In this document: piece after piece, positions 58,826 through 64,000 of the stretch
How the letters are laid out: each line of letters opens with the position of its first letter
Numbering within the stretch: the stretch's first letter is position 1
Assembly: GCA_040377095.1 (NCBI GenBank)
Contig: JBEIPK010000006.1
Coordinates: 13,923-77,922 of the forward strand
Direction of reading: 5' to 3'
DNA from: Novosphingobium sp.
GTDB lineage: Bacteria > Pseudomonadota > Alphaproteobacteria > Sphingomonadales > Sphingomonadaceae
DNA: 64,000 nt
The notes under the pieces: generated by a model
Seen by the model: only the letters and a program-made list of their open reading frames with translations
Told to the model about the DNA's origin: nothing
Database searches by the model: none
Program-made: the position numbers and the translations under genes

Positions 58826-59641
58826 ATGACATTCGACAGCAACCGAGCCTGGAAGGAAGCGACCGCCGCCGTGGCCGGCAATCGCGAGGTCTTGCTGGCG
58901 CTGGCGGGCGTGTTCTTTCTCGTCCCCGGCCTCGCCTTCAGCCTGTTCATGCCGCAGCCCGAGCCGACGGCCGGCATGGATGAAAAGGCGCTCGCGGCGA
59001 TGGTTTCCAGCTATTATGCCAATGCCTGGCCGTGGCTGCTGGCCTCCGGCGTACTCCAAGGCATCGGCACGCTCAGCCTGCTGACCTTGCTGACCGACCG
59101 GACACGGCCCACGGTTGCCGATGCGATCCGGCAGGGCGCGTCGGGCATGGTGCCCCTGATCGCGGCGCAGATCCTGCTGGGCCTAGGCCTTGGTCTCGCG
59201 GGCGGGCTGGTCATTGCCATCGCAGCCGCAACCGGCGTCGGCGCACTGGTCGCCGCGGCCATCGCGGTGGTCGTCATGATTGCCGTTATGGCGGCGGTGC
59301 GGACCTCGCTCGTCGCGCCTGTCATTGCCGTGGAGGGAGACCGCAATCCGGTGCGCGCGCTGGTCCGGTCGTGGCGGCTGACCCAAGGCAATGGCTGGCG
59401 CATCGGCCTGTTCTTCGTGCTGGTGATCGCCGGCTTCATCCTGATGGTATCGCTGGCGATGGCGCTGACTGGGATCGTGCTGGCGCTGGTCGCCGGGCCG
59501 GACATTGCCCGCACGGTCGCCGCGCTGGTTTCATCGGGGTTGAGCGCATTCGGCACGCTCTATCTTGTGGCGATCCTCGCGGCAGTGCATCGCCAGATGG
59601 CCGGTCCTTCGGATGAGGCCGCCGCTTCAGTTTTCGACTGA
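58826..59641 (+). CDS. Multi-pass membrane protein (YciC/GDPD membrane-domain-like)
   Basis: About 6 hydrophobic segments; PV..VE..NP..AL.RSW.LT.GN.WR motif. Confidence 0.75.
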   Translation: MTFDSNRAWKEATAAVAGNREVLLALAGVFFLVPGLAFSLFMPQPEPTAGMDEKALAAMVSSYYANAWPWLLASGVLQGIGTLSLLTLLTDRTRPTVADAIRQGASGMVPLIAAQILLGLGLGLAGGLVIAIAAATGVGALVAAAIAVVVMIAVMAAVRTSLVAPVIAVEGDRNPVRALVRSWRLTQGNGWRIGLFFVLVIAGFILMVSLAMALTGIVLALVAGPDIARTVAALVSSGLSAFGTLYLVAILAAVHRQMAGPSDEAAASVFD

Positions 59642-59645
59642 GCGG

Positions 59646-60287
59646 TCAGGCTTCTGGCGACTTGTCCTTCCAGCCCCAGAACAGGCGGCAGGGCAGCACG
59701 TTCCAAAATTCAAACCCCTCGTCGATGCGCGAAAAGTGCCGCGCCATGAAATCGCGCGCGCGGGCCGAGAACTGATAGACGAGGAAGCTGCCACCGGGGC
59801 GCAGGATGCGGTGCGTCGCGGCTGCGATCGCCGGGCCGACGCCGTCGGGCAGGGTGGAGAAGGGAAGGCCCGAAAGCACAAAATCGGCATGATCGTGCCC
59901 GTGCGCGCGGACGATCTCCTCCACGTCCGCAGCCGAACCCAGCACGGCCGTAAAACGGCTGTCGGTGATCGTGGCGCGCAGATAGTCGATGAACAGCGGA
60001 TTGGTGTCGATCACAATCAGCGCGCCGTCGCGGCGCAGCCGGTCAAGCACCGGGCGGCAGAACGTTCCCACGCCGGGGCCGTATTCCACGAAAAGCCGGC
60101 ACTCGTCCCAGTTCACCGGCGCCAGCATCTTGGCGATCGTGAAGCGCGACGACGGGATGATCGAGCCGACCATGACCGGGTGCTTGACGAAGCCCTCCAA
60201 AAACACGCCCCACGGCCCAAGCCGGCGCTTGATCCGCTGTTTCAGCCTGCGGAACGGCGCTTCGCGGGCAAAGTCAGTACTTGTCAT
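59646..60287 (-). CDS. Class I SAM methyltransferase, phospholipid N-methyltransferase (PmtA)-like
   Basis: P..VG.I.PSS, VE.GPG.G, VLSGLPF, YQFS. Confidence 0.82.
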   Translation of the reverse strand: MTSTDFAREAPFRRLKQRIKRRLGPWGVFLEGFVKHPVMVGSIIPSSRFTIAKMLAPVNWDECRLFVEYGPGVGTFCRPVLDRLRRDGALIVIDTNPLFIDYLRATITDSRFTAVLGSAADVEEIVRAHGHDHADFVLSGLPFSTLPDGVGPAIAAATHRILRPGGSFLVYQFSARARDFMARHFSRIDEGFEFWNVLPCRLFWGWKDKSPEA

Positions 60288-60431
60288 GCTGTAAAAAGCC
60301 TCGCGTTCCTGTCGCCGTTCATGCCCGTCGGCCGGGGTTTGCAAATTTGACCGCGAAGCGCAAGCCTTGAGAGGTGGCCGGACCGGCGACGCACTGTGCC
60401 TTTCCCGGACTCGCGCATGCGCCGTCCGCCC

Positions 60432-60776
60432 CTAGAGGATTTCGCGGACCTTGTCCTGCGGCCGACACAAGCGCACGCCCTTGCCGGTCTCGACCAGCGG
60501 GCGCTCGATCAGGCGGGGCTCGGCCTCCATGGCGGCGAGCACGGCTTCGTCCGAAGCCCCGGGCAGGCCGCGCTCTTCCGCGTCGGTGCCGCGCAGGCGC
60601 AGGCCCTGCTGCGGCGTCATGCCCGCGTCGGCATAGAGCTGGGCCAGCTTGGCGGCACTGGGGGGACTGCGCAGGTATTCAACCACTGTCACCTCAACGC
60701 CCGGCGTTTCCTGCAGGATCGTCAGCGTCTTGCGCGAGGTTCCGCAATCGGGGTTGTGCCAGATCGTCGCTTTCAT
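60432..60776 (-). CDS. ArsC/Spx-family arsenate reductase-like protein
   Basis: IWHNPDCGTSRK, LIERP, RLCRP. Confidence 0.9.
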   Translation of the reverse strand: MKATIWHNPDCGTSRKTLTILQETPGVEVTVVEYLRSPPSAAKLAQLYADAGMTPQQGLRLRGTDAEERGLPGASDEAVLAAMEAEPRLIERPLVETGKGVRLCRPQDKVREIL

Positions 60777-60795
60777 GGATCTCTTCCGTTCGTTG

Positions 60796-61311
60796 TCAGG
60801 TGGCGGGCAGCGTGGGTGCTGCAGGCGTAACGGCCGGCTCCGGCGCAGCCGGAGCCGATTGCCGCATCATGCTCCCGGCGCGCTGCACTGCACCGACCAG
60901 CCGGGGATAGACCCCGCAGCGACACAAGTTGGGGATGGCGGCCCTGATTTCGTCCTCCGAGGGAGCCGCGTTGCGGGCCAGCAAAGCCGCCGCGCTGATG
61001 ACGATGCCCGGCGTACAGAACCCGCACTGGATGGCCTGCTCGGCGACAAGTGCCTGCTGCACGGGGTGTGGTCCCTGCCGCGACAGCGCCTCAATGGTGG
61101 TGACGCTGCGCCCTTCGGCCTCGGCCAGCGAGAGCAGGCAGGATCGCTGCGCCTCGCCATCGACAAGCACCATGCAGGCCCCGCAGTCGCCGGTGCCGCA
61201 GCCGTACTTCGTGCCCGTAAGGTTTGCCGCATCGCGCAGCGCCCACAGCAAGGGGATCTGCGGGTCGATCCGGAATTCGACCGGGGAGTCGTTGACGATC
61301 AGTCGCGGCAT
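60796..61311 (-). CDS. (2Fe-2S)-binding subunit, IorA/CoxS-like
   Basis: PLLWALRD..LTGTKYGCG.G.CGAC, QCGFC.PG, NLCRCG.Y. Confidence 0.92.
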   Translation of the reverse strand: MPRLIVNDSPVEFRIDPQIPLLWALRDAANLTGTKYGCGTGDCGACMVLVDGEAQRSCLLSLAEAEGRSVTTIEALSRQGPHPVQQALVAEQAIQCGFCTPGIVISAAALLARNAAPSEDEIRAAIPNLCRCGVYPRLVGAVQRAGSMMRQSAPAAPEPAVTPAAPTLPAT

Positions 61312-61352
61312 CGCCCAACCGATAGCGCGCAGAGCGGGCCCAAGTCGAGCCT

Positions 61353-63389
61353 TCAGCGAATGTTGAAGCGCAGACCCACCCAGACCGTGAGCGGTGCGCC
61401 AAGATCGATCGAGCCGCCCTGGTTGCGGGTCAGCACGCGCTCATCGGTCAGGTTTTCGCCGCGCAGCACGAGGCTGACGACGCGGTGCAGCGGAATTTCG
61501 GCATAGGCATCGATCGTGGTCGCGGCTGGGAGAACATCCGTCTCAAGGTCATCCTCGAACTGGGCGCCGGTGTGCCTGACGGCGGCCGAGAGCAGCCAGC
61601 CCGGCGCGGGTTTCCAGCTGGCGCGCGCGGTTGCCGAGAGCTTTGGCGTCTGCGCCGGGCGCATGCCTTCGAGCGGAGAAGCGGCGATCCCCGTACGCAC
61701 GCGGGCGCGGGTCCAGGCGAGCGAACCTTCCAGCGCCACGGTGCCGATCGTGAGGCTGGCGTCCGCCTCGATTCCGCGTGCCGTGATCGCGCGCAAGTTG
61801 CGCCGCTCGCGCAGATTCGCCCCGATGGTGACATTGGCGATGGCGTGGCGCACCCGGTTGTCAAACGCCGTCACTGAAAGATCGAGGCCCGGCAGCGCAC
61901 GAAGGTCAATCCCTGCTTCATAGCCGCGCAGCCGCTCGTTGCGCAGCGCGGCGTTGGCCCGTGTCGTCACCGGAAACACCACGAAGGGGCGGTAAAGCTC
62001 GTTGAGCGTCGGCAGGCGCAGGCTGGTATAGGCGGCCGCGCGCAGCGACAGGGCATCGCTCGCCCGCCACAGCGCGCCGCCCCGGAACGACGTCGCCCAG
62101 CCGGAACGATCTGCGAACTGGCGATCGATCGTCACCCGGCCTGCCGGATCGGTCTCGCCGAAATGGCCACCGCGCACGGTCCAGCGGTCAGCCCTCGCCC
62201 CGCCGGTCACAGTCAGCTGGCCGATAGACCAGTCATCCTCGACATAGAGGCCAAGGTCGGAGTTCTGCCCTCCGGCGCGCCGCCTTGCCGTGACGCCGAA
62301 GACGCCGGCAACCGTGCCATAGGGTTCTTCCTGAAGCTCGCCCGAGGAGCGCCGCCAGTCCCCGCCCAAACGCAGGACGTGTCCGCCGCCCACTGGCGGC
62401 CGCAGTTCAAGCTTGCCGCCCAGTCCGGTGGACGGGGTGCGGCGCTGGTCGAGCGTCTTGCGGAATGTCGTCGAGCTGATCACGACGTTCGAGAAATCGC
62501 GCGCCTGGACATAGGCCAGCGCATCGAATTGCCAGTCGCCCCGGCCGACAAGCCGCAAGCTGGCGTCCTGCCCACTGGCAGTGGTGCGTGCGCCTTTGAA
62601 ACGCAGAGTGCGCTCATCGTCGAAAACGAGGCCCTGTGCCTGGAGCGTGACCGTGTCCGATACCGGCGCGACGAGTCGCAGCGAGGTGGACCATGAGGAA
62701 TAGTGCGCCCGCACGCTCTGCGCCGAGCGCTGCGAAGCCGGCGTCGTCCAGAACCCCCTGCCGTGGTCACGCCGCGCCGAAATTATGGCAAAGCCGCTGC
62801 CGAGCCGGGGAGCTATGGTTGCCGAAAGCTCGCTTTCCCCGCGCTGGTTGCCGAATGCACTGGCGTTGACGAGGCCCAGATCGGCGGCATCGGCGCTGGT
62901 CAGCTCGATGGTTCCGGCAAGCCCGCCCGCCCCGAACGCACCCGCGCCGCCGCCGCGCGTCACGCGGATCGAACCGAGCCGTTCGGGCGACAGGGCGCTC
63001 AGCGGTACATGCCCGAAGAACGGATCGAGCATCGGAACGCCATCGAGCAGGACCAGCGCGCGGCTGCTGGCATTGCCGCCCAGCGCGCGCAACGTGACGC
63101 CCTGCGCGGTCGGGTTGGAAGCGCGGCTGTCAGACCGGCGGAACTGCTGGAACCCGGCAATTGACTGGAGGACATCCTCGATCCGGCCGGAAGAGGTTCG
63201 GCGCAGATCATCGGCATCCAGCTCGACATGGCTGTAGGCCGGGGTCGCCGGCGTGGCTTCCAGCCCCCCGCCGTGCACCACGATTTCCCGTGGATCATCG
63301 CTGGCGCAGGCAGGGGTGGCTGTCATAATCGCGGACAGGGCAAGTCCGGTCAGAAGGAGGGGCCGGGCCACTTGGTTGGTCGCTTGCAT
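61353..63389 (-). CDS. TonB-dependent receptor (~678 aa)
   Basis: Signal peptide, EIVVHG, plug LR.LG..RALVLLDGVP, I.V.RGGG...G.G.LAG.I, beta-barrel C-terminus; start moved to ATG 63389. Confidence 0.9.
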   Translation of the reverse strand: MQATNQVARPLLLTGLALSAIMTATPACASDDPREIVVHGGGLEATPATPAYSHVELDADDLRRTSSGRIEDVLQSIAGFQQFRRSDSRASNPTAQGVTLRALGGNASSRALVLLDGVPMLDPFFGHVPLSALSPERLGSIRVTRGGGAGAFGAGGLAGTIELTSADAADLGLVNASAFGNQRGESELSATIAPRLGSGFAIISARRDHGRGFWTTPASQRSAQSVRAHYSSWSTSLRLVAPVSDTVTLQAQGLVFDDERTLRFKGARTTASGQDASLRLVGRGDWQFDALAYVQARDFSNVVISSTTFRKTLDQRRTPSTGLGGKLELRPPVGGGHVLRLGGDWRRSSGELQEEPYGTVAGVFGVTARRRAGGQNSDLGLYVEDDWSIGQLTVTGGARADRWTVRGGHFGETDPAGRVTIDRQFADRSGWATSFRGGALWRASDALSLRAAAYTSLRLPTLNELYRPFVVFPVTTRANAALRNERLRGYEAGIDLRALPGLDLSVTAFDNRVRHAIANVTIGANLRERRNLRAITARGIEADASLTIGTVALEGSLAWTRARVRTGIAASPLEGMRPAQTPKLSATARASWKPAPGWLLSAAVRHTGAQFEDDLETDVLPAATTIDAYAEIPLHRVVSLVLRGENLTDERVLTRNQGGSIDLGAPLTVWVGLRFNIR

Positions 63390-63445
63390 GGTGCGCGCCA
63401 TAGCCGACCGGGCAGCGCAAAGGAAAGGCTGGAGATCGCCAGACA

Positions 63446-63490
63446 TGAAAATGGCCGGAGCTCCCTGTGTGGAAGGTCCGGCCATTTTCA
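63446..63490. terminator. Bidirectional-type intrinsic terminator
   Basis: Perfect 14-bp inverted repeat TGAAAATGGCCGGA...TCCGGCCATTTTCA just downstream of the stop at 63506. Confidence 0.75.
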
Positions 63491-63505
63491 CGCGTTCGGA
63501 TCGGA

Positions 63506-64000
63506 TCAGCCGAAAGTCATGAAATCCCCGCCAAATGCCGCCGAGGCCGTCGCATAGTCATAGACGATGCCCGGGTTGTTCGGCGCGAACGCGTCGATGA
63601 TGGCAATGAGATTGTCGACCGATCCCTGACGGAAGGTCATCGTCATGTCATCGGCCACGCCATCGCTGTCGGCATCGCCGCGGGTGAAGCTGTAGTCCGA
63701 TGCGCTGGCGCCGGTCACGTCGATGAAGTCGCCCAGGTCGAAACCGACGATCACGACGTTGCTGTCCGTGTCGGCGTCATCGCTCAGCACATGATCCTGG
63801 CCGCTCTCGACTTCGATGCGAACGCTAGCCGCCGCCGTGCCGCGATCGATAGAGGTCTCGTTGGCCGCGCCCAGCGGATCGGGGTCGCTTTCGCTCACCG
63901 AGACGATTTCCTGATCGCCGATCATGGCGCCGGCGCCGACAAAGCGGGCCAGCTCGGCATCGCCATTAAAGTTGAGTGTGATCCCGGAGCCGAGCGGGAT
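63506..64000 (-). CDS. C-terminal part of an acidic surface/secreted protein (continues beyond window)
   Basis: Frame stays open to the window edge (IPLGSGITLNFNGD..); Asp/Gly/Ser/Thr-rich; I.GF..GD.I motif. Confidence 0.65.
   Translation of the reverse strand: MPLGSGITLNFNGDAELARFVGAGAMIGDQEIVSVSESDPDPLGAANETSIDRGTAAASVRIEVESGQDHVLSDDADTDSNVVIVGFDLGDFIDVTGASASDYSFTRGDADSDGVADDMTMTFRQGSVDNLIAIIDAFAPNNPGIVYDYATASAAFGGDFMTFG

Noticed and set aside
1-64000. CRISPR arrays, IS elements, rRNA, defence systems
   Set aside because: No regular repeat-spacer pattern, transposase, rRNA-like sequence or recognisable defence gene was seen by eye

Overview
High-GC alphaproteobacterial chromosomal DNA; gene content (spt-acp sphingolipid genes, divK, single-Cys DksA, TonB-dependent receptors) points to Sphingomonadales, Novosphingobium-like (inference). 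Bases 78-14259 (minus strand) hold a near-complete RcGTA-like gene transfer agent head-tail cluster: small and large terminase, portal, protease, HK97 capsid, connector, tail terminator, tail tube, chaperones, short tape measure, Dit, hub, NlpC/P60, tail tip and DUF2793. No integrase, replication or lysis genes are visible. The cluster has a rearranged tail module, a candidate SOS-box-overlapped promoter and a twin-hairpin element after the capsid gene. The rest is mostly core genes (spt, acp, divK, dksA, queC, sodC, tRNA-Leu(TAA), ihfB, dxs, zur, msrA, purH, rpe, xseA, purD, lipB). At about 40.7-49.5 kb is a cluster resembling the Caulobacter ceramide-phosphoglycerate (cpg) anionic sphingolipid genes, interrupted by two convergent genes that each carry an EcfG/SigT-type promoter. 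Product calls come from recognised motifs and gene order, not database searches. Many start codons were moved from the ORF track by eye.
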